This document shows positions 1 through 8,569 of a stretch of DNA of 55,829 bases, piece after piece; within the stretch, counting starts at the first letter, position 1, and every line of letters starts with the position of its first letter. The DNA lies in the IMG/VR virus record IMGVR_UViG_3300042541_001626, positions 1 to 55,829 of that record. The stretch is one strand, 5' to 3'. The translations under genes and the position numbers were made by a program. The notes below the pieces were generated by a model, which searched no databases, was not told where the DNA came from, and saw only the letters and a list, made by a program, of their open reading frames with translations. Origin of the DNA: a virus. Its lineage: Duplodnaviria; Caudoviricetes.

Positions 1-374
1 ACTAAATCCTTATGTTCATTGTCACTGAAGTCTCTCTAATAATGAACACCATAGTAACTACCTCATAACTTACTCTATCCGTTACTTATATAATACCACA
101 CAATAAAAATATTACCATAGATTATATCTTATAACATATAATACCATTAAAAATTTACTATCTATATGTCCTTACATATAATGGGGATTTTATTCACCTA
201 CATAGAGACCTTCCTAAATAAATGGGGGATTAGTTTACACTAAACAATCTACTGTAAACACCCACATAAATGGGGGGATATAATTATGAAGGAATGACGT
301 AGTGAATGAAATGAACGGGAGGAAGAGTGAGTAATTATATCCCTTCATTTATTATATAATTAAAATATTATTAC

Positions 375-382
375 TATCTTTG
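375..382 (+). promoter_or_regulatory. Bacteroidetes-type -7 promoter element (TAnnTTTG)
   Basis: TATCTTTG just upstream of the first array-bearing gene. The same motif lies at 3057, 11743, 27023, 28002 and 28684, and on the minus strand ahead of several genes. Confidence 0.6.
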
Positions 383-387
383 TGATT

Positions 388-843
388 ATGGTTAGTGATA
401 AATTAAAATCGATTATTTTTAAGAAGTTATACAGTGAGTTATCTCATTTGGAGATTATTAGGTTTAAGTCTGAGATATGGTTTATTGATAGAGAAGTTAG
501 ATGTTGGTATTTTATTTATAATGATAATGGAACTATGTGGTGGAAAAATTCTTTCTTTCGTAGTTTCTTTGAATTCTTTTCCATTACTGAAATCGATGAG
601 TTCGGATCAATTCTTTCTTCTTGGGTGGGAGAGGTCTTAAATTGTAAGGTAGACAGAGCCAGTTTTTTTCAATTGGCATTACCTTTACAGGTGGAAGAGG
701 TCTTAAATTGTAAGGTAATTACAACAGATCCAAGGAAAGAATTTTTTCTGTTCGCGGTGGAAGAGGTCTTAAAACATAAGTCAGAAAGGTTGGGTCATCC
801 CCCTGTTAGTGAGAATGTTGTTATTAATAATACAGAGAAATGA
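388..843 (+). CDS. Array-bearing protein, family A (MISDRL..WFIDRE..WW N-domain plus 22-aa repeat tail)
   Basis: Paralog of 840, 1314, 3081 and 15394. ATG at 388 aligns with the paralog starts. Tail made of VEEVLNCKV units. Confidence 0.85.
   Translation: MVSDKLKSIIFKKLYSELSHLEIIRFKSEIWFIDREVRCWYFIYNDNGTMWWKNSFFRSFFEFFSITEIDEFGSILSSWVGEVLNCKVDRASFFQLALPLQVEEVLNCKVITTDPRKEFFLFAVEEVLKHKSERLGHPPVSENVVINNTEK
624..791 (+). CRISPR. In-frame CRISPR-like array, 3 repeats / 2 spacers
   Basis: Repeats at 624, 690 and 756 (66-nt period), e.g. GGTGGAAGAGGTCTTAAATTGTAAGGTAATTACAAC. Spacers are 30 nt and unique. Last repeat is degenerate. Confidence 0.65.
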
Positions 844-1310
844 TTAGTGATAGATTGAAAGGTATTATACATAAGAAGTTGTGTGAGGATTTATCTCATT
901 TGGAAATTATTGAGTGGTATGGTGAGATGTGGTTTATTGATAGAGAGGAAAAGTTTTGGTACTTTATATATAATAAGTCTAATGGTGAGATGTGGTGGAG
1001 ATATTCTTTCTTTACCTCTTTCTTTCTTCTTTTCTCTTTACCCTCTGATGAATTTACCAGTATTCTTTCTTCTTGGGTGGAAGAGGTCTTAAATTGTAAG
1101 GTGTTGTCAATGCCTTCGGTTTTTTCATATCGTCATCTGTTGGTAGAAGATGTCCTAAATTGTAAGGTATCGTCAACCACACCAATAACAATCATCAATG
1201 TCGGAATGGTGGAAGATGTCCTAAATTGTAAGGTAACCAAAACTACCCACATGTACAATAATGGTGAAATTTGGGTGGAAGAAGTTTTAAATAATAATAT
1301 AACCGAATAG
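840..1310 (+). CDS. Array-bearing protein, family A
   Basis: Paralogous N-domain, four VEEVLN units, ATGA overlap with the upstream gene. Confidence 0.85.
   Translation: MISDRLKGIIHKKLCEDLSHLEIIEWYGEMWFIDREEKFWYFIYNKSNGEMWWRYSFFTSFFLLFSLPSDEFTSILSSWVEEVLNCKVLSMPSVFSYRHLLVEDVLNCKVSSTTPITIINVGMVEDVLNCKVTKTTHMYNNGEIWVEEVLNNNITE
1076..1309 (+). CRISPR. In-frame CRISPR-like array, 4 repeats / 3 spacers
   Basis: Repeats at 1076, 1142, 1208 and 1274, with 30-nt spacers. Terminal repeat is degenerate. Confidence 0.65.
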
Positions 1311-1313
1311 ATT

Positions 1314-1856
1314 ATGATTAGTGATAGATTGAAAGGTATTATATATAAGAAGTTGTGTGGGGATTTATCTCGTGTGGAGATTATTCATTATAGAACTTAT
1401 GTATGGTTTATTGATAGAGAAGATAAGTGTTGGTATTTAAGGTACGATAACTCTGATGGTCAACTCCTATGGAAGTACAGTTTCTTTTGTGATTTCTTCA
1501 CCATCTTTACAATGGATCGTGACGAATTTACCCCCATCATTTCTTCTTGGGTGGAAGATGTTCTGAATTGTAGGGTAAACACAACGGGAGTTGGAATTGT
1601 TAGTAAAAAAGAGAGGGTGGAAGAGGTCTTAAATTGTAAGGTAGACACAACAGCAACAAGACACCAAAGGTTTTATTGTCTGGTGGAAGAGGTCTTAAAT
1701 TGTAAGGTAAACACAACAGGAAGTTCATTATTAGAATTAGGTGGTAAGGTGGAAGAGGTTCTGAATCATAAAGTAAACTCAACTACCCACATGTACACTA
1801 ATGGTGAAATTCAGTCGGGGGAAGTATTAAACCACAATGTGGTGAATAATGTATAA
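1314..1856 (+). CDS. Array-bearing protein, family A
   Basis: Paralogous N-domain, five repeat units. Confidence 0.85.
   Translation: MISDRLKGIIYKKLCGDLSRVEIIHYRTYVWFIDREDKCWYLRYDNSDGQLLWKYSFFCDFFTIFTMDRDEFTPIISSWVEDVLNCRVNTTGVGIVSKKERVEEVLNCKVDTTATRHQRFYCLVEEVLNCKVNTTGSSLLELGGKVEEVLNHKVNSTTHMYTNGEIQSGEVLNHNVVNNV
1550..1849 (+). CRISPR. In-frame CRISPR-like array, 5 repeats / 4 spacers
   Basis: Repeats at 1550, 1616, 1682, 1748 and 1814 (degenerate), e.g. GGTGGAAGAGGTCTTAAATTGTAAGGTAAACACAAC. Confidence 0.7.
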
Positions 1857-1884
1857 TTAAATTATTTCATTATATTTATACTAT

Positions 1885-2328
1885 ATGAAATGTCTAATTA
1901 CAGAGTCACAAAGGGATGATCTATTGAAGAATCTTATTAAAGAACATGGGTATTACTTTGTTAGTAAGATAGTTGGTACTGATTATTTGTCTGAGGAGGT
2001 CTTTCATAGTAACCCTATGGAATTCTTATCTTTGTATGATGACCTTGATCATTTTGAAAGCTCTGAGAAACCTGGTCTTACTATATATCGTTATGAGAAA
2101 GGCGATAATATTTTTCTTGTGGCGAACTCGACTGGTGATGTATATATTAACTATGACGCCATATATGGAGCCCTTGCTATGTTTAAAGAGTCTCAGATAT
2201 ACTCCGTTAGGACTAGACTGCTCTTAAATTGGTTGAGGGACTCATTTGGGATTAAGTCCGATAGAAACCATATGTGGACTATCCACCCTGATCAGGATTA
2301 CTTTTCAGATTATCTACACTTAACTTAA
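1885..2328 (+). CDS. Hypothetical protein, family B (array-less paralog of 12492)
   Basis: Shares NPMEFL, YRYEKGxN and VYIxY with 12492..13004. MKCLITESQ leader and upstream TATTTAT. Confidence 0.8.
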   Translation: MKCLITESQRDDLLKNLIKEHGYYFVSKIVGTDYLSEEVFHSNPMEFLSLYDDLDHFESSEKPGLTIYRYEKGDNIFLVANSTGDVYINYDAIYGALAMFKESQIYSVRTRLLLNWLRDSFGIKSDRNHMWTIHPDQDYFSDYLHLT

Positions 2329-2335
2329 CCTTATT

Positions 2336-2647
2336 ATGTCACACGAATTAGAAAATGAAAATCTTGAGAAAGAACTTAATAGATTCCTTGATAAGATTGT
2401 TCCCGTTAAATACCCCGAGGTTAACCATATAATTGTTCAGGGTGAACTTTGGAGAACTTCTGGTAATTTCTACTATACCATTAATATTAATCCCACCTTT
2501 GCTGGATCTAAGAGATTACAAGATGATCCTAAGTTTGAAAATGAACTATTCGGGTATATCTTTAAAACCTCTGATTTTGCCCTTAAAATGTTTAAGCAAG
2601 GAAACACTGGTCATTATACCACTGAGGTTAGATGGTTTTGGGATTAA
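2336..2647 (+). CDS. Hypothetical protein
   Basis: Operonic ORF, 103 aa. Confidence 0.7.
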   Translation: MSHELENENLEKELNRFLDKIVPVKYPEVNHIIVQGELWRTSGNFYYTININPTFAGSKRLQDDPKFENELFGYIFKTSDFALKMFKQGNTGHYTTEVRWFWD

Positions 2648-2735
2648 TCTATAATGGAAAATATTTGCCGTTTTTATCTCTATAGTGGAAAATAATCTCC
2701 ATATATAATCTTTTCCCCCATTATAATGGAAAACG

Positions 2736-3002
2736 TTAATTAATCCTTGCTGATTTAAGAATCACCTCTAACATCTGAATCTTGTCCCTGTCGTCCTTGG
2801 TCTTCTTTGATTTACCCTTAAGATAATTGATTGCGTCCATAATCTCATCCCGCTTGTTATTTGTCGGCTTTGGTTTGACAACCTCCTTATCCTTTACTAC
2901 CTTTACATCATTGTTACCAAACAATATGTCCAAAGCTCTCCTGATACGATCTTTGTCGTCTACAAATAACCATAAGAAAATGTGTACTACTAATTTATCC
3001 AT
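2736..3002 (-). CDS. Hypothetical protein
   Basis: ORF with probable start MDKLVVH. Confidence 0.6.
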   Translation of the reverse strand: MDKLVVHIFLWLFVDDKDRIRRALDILFGNNDVKVVKDKEVVKPKPTNNKRDEIMDAINYLKGKSKKTKDDRDKIQMLEVILKSARIN

Positions 3003-3080
3003 ATTGTAAAGATACAAAATATTCCCTAATAATTTACCTATATTAAAAAAAAATCCTATCTTTGTTATAACGAATAAATT

Positions 3081-3875
3081 ATGATTAGCAATAGACTCAA
3101 AAACCTCATCTTTAAAAAGTTATATAAACACTTAAGCGGCGTAGAAATAATCCACTATGATGACTGTATATGGTTTATCGATAGAGAAACTAAGTTTTGG
3201 TATTTTAACTATCATACACTAGAAAATAAATTATGGTGGAGAGGCGCCTTCTTCTTCGATTTTTTTTTCCTTTTCTCGATGGATCATTCTGAGTTTGTTC
3301 CCATTATTTCTGAGTGGGTGGAAGAGACCTTAAATTGTAAGGTAAGCACAACTCGAAGACGAAGAACTGAGAGAGTTAATGAGGTGGAAGAGGTCTTAAA
3401 TTGTAAGGTAAGCACAACCCAAGATGGTGCACATGCTGAGGATGATTTGGTGGAAGAGACCTTAAATTGTAAGGTAATCACAACACGCAACGGAAACTAC
3501 GATGCCACACTTTTGGTGGAAGAGACCTTAAATTGTAAGGTAATTACAACAATAAATGAGCAATTCAAATACATAAACAAGGTGGACGAGGTCTTAAATT
3601 GTAAGGTAGACACATCTAAAAAAGAAAGTGCTAATTATGAATTAAAGGTGGAAGAGGTCTTTTATCGTGGTGCATTATGTGGAAAGGTGGAAGAGGCCTT
3701 AAATTGTAAGGTAGACACAACAAAAAATTTATCAATCCCATTATACCCAATGGTGGAAGATGTGTTAAATTGTAAGGTAAACACAGCTAGTTCCAATCAA
3801 GGGTTTTTACCACCAAAGGTGGATGAGGTTTTAAATTGTAAGGTAGACACATCTGCGATGGAAAGACCACTTTAG
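3081..3875 (+). CDS. Array-bearing protein, family A (longest tail)
   Basis: Paralogous N-domain plus 9 repeat units. TATCTTTG promoter at 3057. Confidence 0.85.
   Translation: MISNRLKNLIFKKLYKHLSGVEIIHYDDCIWFIDRETKFWYFNYHTLENKLWWRGAFFFDFFFLFSMDHSEFVPIISEWVEETLNCKVSTTRRRRTERVNEVEEVLNCKVSTTQDGAHAEDDLVEETLNCKVITTRNGNYDATLLVEETLNCKVITTINEQFKYINKVDEVLNCKVDTSKKESANYELKVEEVFYRGALCGKVEEALNCKVDTTKNLSIPLYPMVEDVLNCKVNTASSNQGFLPPKVDEVLNCKVDTSAMERPL
3317..3853 (+). CRISPR. In-frame CRISPR-like array, 9 repeats / 8 spacers
   Basis: Repeats at 3317, 3383, 3449, 3515, 3581, 3647 (truncated), 3686, 3752 and 3818. Consensus GGTGGAAGAG(GT/AC)CTTAAATTGTAAGGTANNCACAAC with unique 30-nt spacers. Confidence 0.75.
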
Positions 3876-3925
3876 TTTTTTTAACAATTGGGTAAATTAA
3901 CTATAAAACGCCATATTTATCTAAC

Positions 3926-4261
3926 ATGAAATACATTATAACAGAATCTAAACTTAATGCTGCGATTGATGAGTTCATCACAAAACAATTTGGTAAGTTG
4001 CATCATCAGTTAGACGGTAATAAACTTACATTGGTTAATGATAATGGTGACCCCATGATTATGATTACTGATAAAGATAATACTTATTTTGTTTGGGTGT
4101 TAGATGATGTTTGGAGAAGTGGATTTTTGATGTTCTCCATGAAACGTTTTGTGAATATGCAGCCCGTGTTACATAAATGGTTACATAAACATTATAACAT
4201 ACCTGTGGAAGAATCAAACATCTCCACATTTTCACGAGGTGAAGAAGAATACGTATACTAA
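3926..4261 (+). CDS. Hypothetical protein with MKYIITE leader
   Basis: TATTTAT upstream, leader motif. Confidence 0.8.
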   Translation: MKYIITESKLNAAIDEFITKQFGKLHHQLDGNKLTLVNDNGDPMIMITDKDNTYFVWVLDDVWRSGFLMFSMKRFVNMQPVLHKWLHKHYNIPVEESNISTFSRGEEEYVY

Positions 4262-4262
4262 T

Positions 4263-4712
4263 ATGAAATACATTATAACAGAAAATAAAATGTGTAGTAT
4301 TATGGAGAAGATGCTTAACGATGAGTTTGAAGGGTTCTCCGATATCTATTACTCTTGGGCTAACTTTAATTGTGGCATGGGAGAATGTTGTGATATGTAT
4401 GCCGTCGGTTTTGTTTTACCTAAAGCTCATTATGATAACTATCTATTTAAACTTGTTGATGGTGAACACTATGATGATGATGGTGATTACCCTGATGAAC
4501 TTTCTGATGATTTACCCGAACCTTGTTATGAACACCCTGATATCATGGAACCCAGGTTTGACACTATCCTTATCGGTGAGGAAATGTATGAAAAGATGGA
4601 AAACTATTTTAATTTCTTTAACGATTGGGAAAATGAATTACTACGTACTTTGAATCGTCTCTTCCATATGGACGCCAAAGAAATTATGACATTACCTTTG
4701 TCACCATTTTAA
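4263..4712 (+). CDS. Acidic hypothetical protein with MKYIITE leader
   Basis: Start reassigned to ATG 4263 (leader motif). Confidence 0.75.
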   Translation: MKYIITENKMCSIMEKMLNDEFEGFSDIYYSWANFNCGMGECCDMYAVGFVLPKAHYDNYLFKLVDGEHYDDDGDYPDELSDDLPEPCYEHPDIMEPRFDTILIGEEMYEKMENYFNFFNDWENELLRTLNRLFHMDAKEIMTLPLSPF

Positions 4713-5166
4713 ACCATTCAGGTGTTTCCCTATTCTTCCATACAGCAATCTTTGATTTCTCCCCCATGTAATAACTTCTATATGATTCAACCACGCAATT
4801 GGATTTATACTCATCGGGCATCGCCCTTGCTGGTTCGGTGAACTCTTTGTCCGCAATGTTTGGTTTGTTTATTAAACACCACTCTATTACATCCTGAGAC
4901 TTATGTCTTTTACCATAACGATATGTATACTCTTTACATAACTCCAAACCCAATTCACATAGGTATAAATAATTGGATAGTGACTCTCTTGCCCATATTG
5001 AACATGGATGATTCCTATGTGATAACTTGTATGGGGCTTCACCGCCTTGTACCCAATGAACACCACATAAAATTTGGGATGTCTCCAACACCATTTTTAC
5101 AACATGTTTGTCGCAGTGGTATTGTGCACACTTTTTTGTATCCGTATCTAATAAAAAAATATTCAT
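4684..5166 (-). CDS. Pyrimidine-dimer DNA glycosylase (DenV/endonuclease V-like) family protein
   Basis: MNIF-x-LD, CDKHVVKM-x-LE and HRNHPCSIWARES motifs typical of this phage family. Confidence 0.7.
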   Translation of the reverse strand: MNIFLLDTDTKKCAQYHCDKHVVKMVLETSQILCGVHWVQGGEAPYKLSHRNHPCSIWARESLSNYLYLCELGLELCKEYTYRYGKRHKSQDVIEWCLINKPNIADKEFTEPARAMPDEYKSNCVVESYRSYYMGEKSKIAVWKNRETPEWFKMVTKVMS

Positions 5167-5207
5167 ACCACAAATATATAAATTAATTATGGTACCACCA
5201 AGAAGTA

Positions 5208-6029
5208 TTATTTTTTAATTAAAGATAATCTTTCAGTTTCTATATCACAATATTCTTTAGATAATTCAGAACCTATGTAGTTTCTTTTTGTTAGTATACA
5301 CATTTTAGATGTAGTACCACTTCCCATAAATGGATCGTATACTACATCATCTTCATTCGACCAACTCACTATATGTCTTCTTACTAACTCTTCAGGGAAT
5401 ATTGCCGGATGTTTAAACGCCACTTTATCATTTGTTGTATTCCCACCTCCTACATAGAAATCCCATATATTATAATCAGGTACCATTTCTTTTACATAGT
5501 ATTCATTCTCGTTAAATTCACCATCTTGGTTTCTTGAAAACTTCTTTTTCCTATACGTTCTTTTGTCATTACATTTATTACTTCTTTCTCTTAAATCAAT
5601 GTTAGTGGTTTTTGGTTTACCCTTTGAAAAAACAAACATATACTCAAACATTTGTTGGTATCTTGTACCAGCATTTGGCATTGGGTTTAATTTACGGTAT
5701 ATCATAGTATCGTGAACCTTAAACCCTATATCCTTAAAGTACAACGCTTGTCTGAATGAGTTTAATGTTTCCGACCCATTAACCATACTATCATTCACAA
5801 CCCATACGACCACTCCGCCCTTTTTAGTCACTCGATATAACTCTCTCGCAATCTCCTCAAAAGGAAATGAATATCCATTAAGTTCATCACTTATCTTACC
5901 AACCCCATTATTATAATTTCTGATCTCATCATACGGTGGTGAAGTTACAGTTAAATCAATGGAGTTATCGTCCATAGATTTCATTGTTACTAAACAGCTC
6001 TCATTGTATGTTTTATTAATTTCTATCAT
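5208..6029 (-). CDS. N4-cytosine/N6-adenine DNA methyltransferase (beta class)
   Basis: TSPPY catalytic motif before the DPFMGSGTT SAM-binding motif; HPAIFP. Confidence 0.92.
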   Translation of the reverse strand: MIEINKTYNESCLVTMKSMDDNSIDLTVTSPPYDEIRNYNNGVGKISDELNGYSFPFEEIARELYRVTKKGGVVVWVVNDSMVNGSETLNSFRQALYFKDIGFKVHDTMIYRKLNPMPNAGTRYQQMFEYMFVFSKGKPKTTNIDLRERSNKCNDKRTYRKKKFSRNQDGEFNENEYYVKEMVPDYNIWDFYVGGGNTTNDKVAFKHPAIFPEELVRRHIVSWSNEDDVVYDPFMGSGTTSKMCILTKRNYIGSELSKEYCDIETERLSLIKK

Positions 6030-6714
6030 TTAATATCATATTAACACATTTATCATAAATAATATCAAAATTTTCACATTTGTCAACCGCGTCGTACTCA
6101 TGGTTACGTTTTCTTAACTCCTTGATAACCCAATAATCTATCTCACAAATACCAATATTGGTTATCCCCATATAACTCAAATATTCATCATTTGACATGA
6201 CTTTTATTGTGTTACCATTTTTTTCTATTTTGTTTTCCCCACATGCTAAAACCATACCAATAATAACTTCAACCTTATAAGGTAAATTTGTTTTAATCGG
6301 GTTTAGATTATCAGGTAATAGATTAAAATAACTACATACCTTTTCTTCATGTATGAAATTAGCAATACAACTCAAAGTATTAGACAATGAAGAAGAATTA
6401 AAGGATGCATTATTACCTTTTTGTTGGGATATCCTTATATCTATAATCCCATCTATTATTTTTACAGACATTAAATCAACCTTATTATTGTCTTGTGGTA
6501 ATTTCACAATTAACCTATCCTCTTGGAACTCTATCATCGCATTTTCTCTAAGATTGGCAATGATAGTATCTTTAGATGTTTTAGAGTATACTGAATTATA
6601 CGTACTAATAACAGTCATTTTAAATCCGTCCGAATTAATATCCACACCCCCATCAATAAGCCTCTGAATTATTTCAATGATTTGAGCTGGTGACGCCCCC
6701 TTCTTAATAGCCAT
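6016..6714 (-). CDS. Hypothetical protein coupled to the methyltransferase (possible cognate endonuclease)
   Basis: Overlaps the MTase start. No firm motif. Confidence 0.55.
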   Translation of the reverse strand: MAIKKGASPAQIIEIIQRLIDGGVDINSDGFKMTVISTYNSVYSKTSKDTIIANLRENAMIEFQEDRLIVKLPQDNNKVDLMSVKIIDGIIDIRISQQKGNNASFNSSSLSNTLSCIANFIHEEKVCSYFNLLPDNLNPIKTNLPYKVEVIIGMVLACGENKIEKNGNTIKVMSNDEYLSYMGITNIGICEIDYWVIKELRKRNHEYDAVDKCENFDIIYDKCVNMILNDRN

Positions 6715-6768
6715 AATAATACCTTTATTATAAAGATACGAAAAGTACTTTGAATTAACAATGGGGAT

Positions 6769-7278
6769 TTATAAATTATTCTCTATCTTATCCTTTTGGT
6801 AGTGCGTGTGTAGTATATGTATTAACATATGTAAGTGATATGTACATAGTATTATTATATTATAGATTTCGAAATATAACAAACCGAATAGTAATCCTAC
6901 TATGGGTGATGCCATGTATAAATACCCATAGAATTTAAGTCGTTTACTCTTGAATAAAGGGTATAGACAGGACACAAAAAATAAAACCGCTAATACGTTA
7001 TGTGTGTTGGGATATAATTTGGTGGAGAATGCGGTTACTAATACTAATAAAAAGGATGATATTTTCCAATTCTCTATTGATAAAAAGATATATGCTGTCA
7101 TTATGTTGGCAACTATAAATAATGGTTGTAGTGGGGTATTCCAATATTGCGATAATGATTTTAATTCCCCCTCGACGGATAATAATATAAATGGGTACAT
7201 CGCCGAGATAAGTATTACAATTATTTTAATACAGTGATCCAAATACTTCTTATAAAAACTTACAACCCTCCGATTCAT
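6769..7278 (-). CDS. Multi-pass membrane protein
   Basis: About five hydrophobic segments. Confidence 0.7.
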   Translation of the reverse strand: MNRRVVSFYKKYLDHCIKIIVILISAMYPFILLSVEGELKSLSQYWNTPLQPLFIVANIMTAYIFLSIENWKISSFLLVLVTAFSTKLYPNTHNVLAVLFFVSCLYPLFKSKRLKFYGYLYMASPIVGLLFGLLYFEIYNIIILCTYHLHMLIHILHTHYQKDKIENNL

Positions 7279-7316
7279 TGTCTTATGTTTTTGTTATTTA
7301 TTGTTTCACCACCTGT

Positions 7317-8099
7317 TTAATCTCTAACTCTATCATCACCATATAGTTGATGATATCTTTCTGTCATCTCATCCGAGTACATCTCTAACAAAAACTCTTC
7401 AATTTCTTCATATGGAAAATGGTCTGTCCCCCAATTTGATAACTCACCATGAAGTCCGTCTATCATAAGACTAATAACTCTGTCTTTGAATAACTTTAGT
7501 CCGTAATTACCCTTTAACTTGTAAGACGCATAGTCTAAAGAATCCTTAAACTCATCATTTATTTTATCGGGAGTAACTCTTCTTAAGAGATAGACCTTAG
7601 ACTCAGCAACTAAACCCGTCATCGATTGAATTCTATACATATCTTCCTGTATATTAATATCATTATGATTGGCAATCTCTAAAGAGACTCTAAAAATATC
7701 ATCTAAAATCTTATCATTTAACTTAAAATAATTAACTTTATCTTCTCTAATTAAACTTTGATTTTTATATCCTCCCCATACATCAACATAAACACCAAAT
7801 TCTCCAATATAAGCAATTTCAGAGTATTCAGTTTTGGTTTCATTATAAGGAATTTGTCCATCACCTATTTCATCTAAACTAATCCCACCACCTAATTCCT
7901 CACAAACATTAACAATATATTGAATCTTTTCTCTTTTTGTTATAATATCACCGTATTCAGAAACAACATCATATCCACCAAAAACTTTTAGTGTTGATCC
8001 TAATCCCATTTTGTTAATACTGTCACGGATTAAGTTAACCATCCTGTTGTTAGTCTCTTCCCTTAATACTTTTCTTATGTTTTCCTGTAGGTTCATCAT
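7317..8099 (-). CDS. Hypothetical protein with MNLQENI leader and an internal leader copy
   Basis: N-terminal MNLQENIRKVLREE and internal NIQEDMYRIQSMTGLVAES. Confidence 0.8.
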   Translation of the reverse strand: MMNLQENIRKVLREETNNRMVNLIRDSINKMGLGSTLKVFGGYDVVSEYGDIITKREKIQYIVNVCEELGGGISLDEIGDGQIPYNETKTEYSEIAYIGEFGVYVDVWGGYKNQSLIREDKVNYFKLNDKILDDIFRVSLEIANHNDINIQEDMYRIQSMTGLVAESKVYLLRRVTPDKINDEFKDSLDYASYKLKGNYGLKLFKDRVISLMIDGLHGELSNWGTDHFPYEEIEEFLLEMYSDEMTERYHQLYGDDRVRD

Positions 8100-8518
8100 A
8101 CTACATAAATACCTTTCATTTTATCTCTAACCAATTCATCAAATGTATTTCCTGGTATCACAAATACTTCCCCCTGATTTTCACCAACAGGTTCTATGTT
8201 TGTAACCATTTGTTTTGATAATACAATCAATATGTTTTCATCAAACCTTTTAAATAGTTTTGTTGCAATTTTTTCAGCTTTACCTAAGTTAGATGTGTTA
8301 AGTATTGACTGTATAGCAAATCCCATATGATGTCCTTTACCAGGTTTAACCCAAAAATCAATATCTGTCTTGTTGAACTTGTCTACGTATTTTTTAAAGT
8401 TCTCATCTCCATGATCACAGAAATAAATGTAAATCAAAACCTTCTCACTTGTTTCTAATTCAGATTCATTAATCCCCATCATTGATTGGATCCTTTGTAT
8501 GTTTTCTTGTAGGTTCAT
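8096..8518 (-). CDS. Hypothetical protein with MNLQENIQRI leader
   Basis: Leader motif, upstream TATTTAT on the minus strand. Confidence 0.8.
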   Translation of the reverse strand: MNLQENIQRIQSMMGINESELETSEKVLIYIYFCDHGDENFKKYVDKFNKTDIDFWVKPGKGHHMGFAIQSILNTSNLGKAEKIATKLFKRFDENILIVLSKQMVTNIEPVGENQGEVFVIPGNTFDELVRDKMKGIYVV

Positions 8519-8569
8519 ACTAATAAATATCGTATAATTTAAAATCCCCCATTGTTAGTGGAGGATCAT

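Noticed and set aside
434-3490. Alternative-frame and antisense ORFs over the array genes (434, 883, 1460, 1600, 3284) and similar shadow ORFs elsewhere (e.g. 48131, 17683, 6353)
   Set aside because: These are shadows of real genes. Openness of the antisense frame follows from the stop-free repeat and codon bias.
388-3875. Diversity-generating retroelement as the source of the variable tails
   Set aside because: No reverse transcriptase or template/variable repeat pair is visible, and spacers differ at all bases rather than only at adenines.
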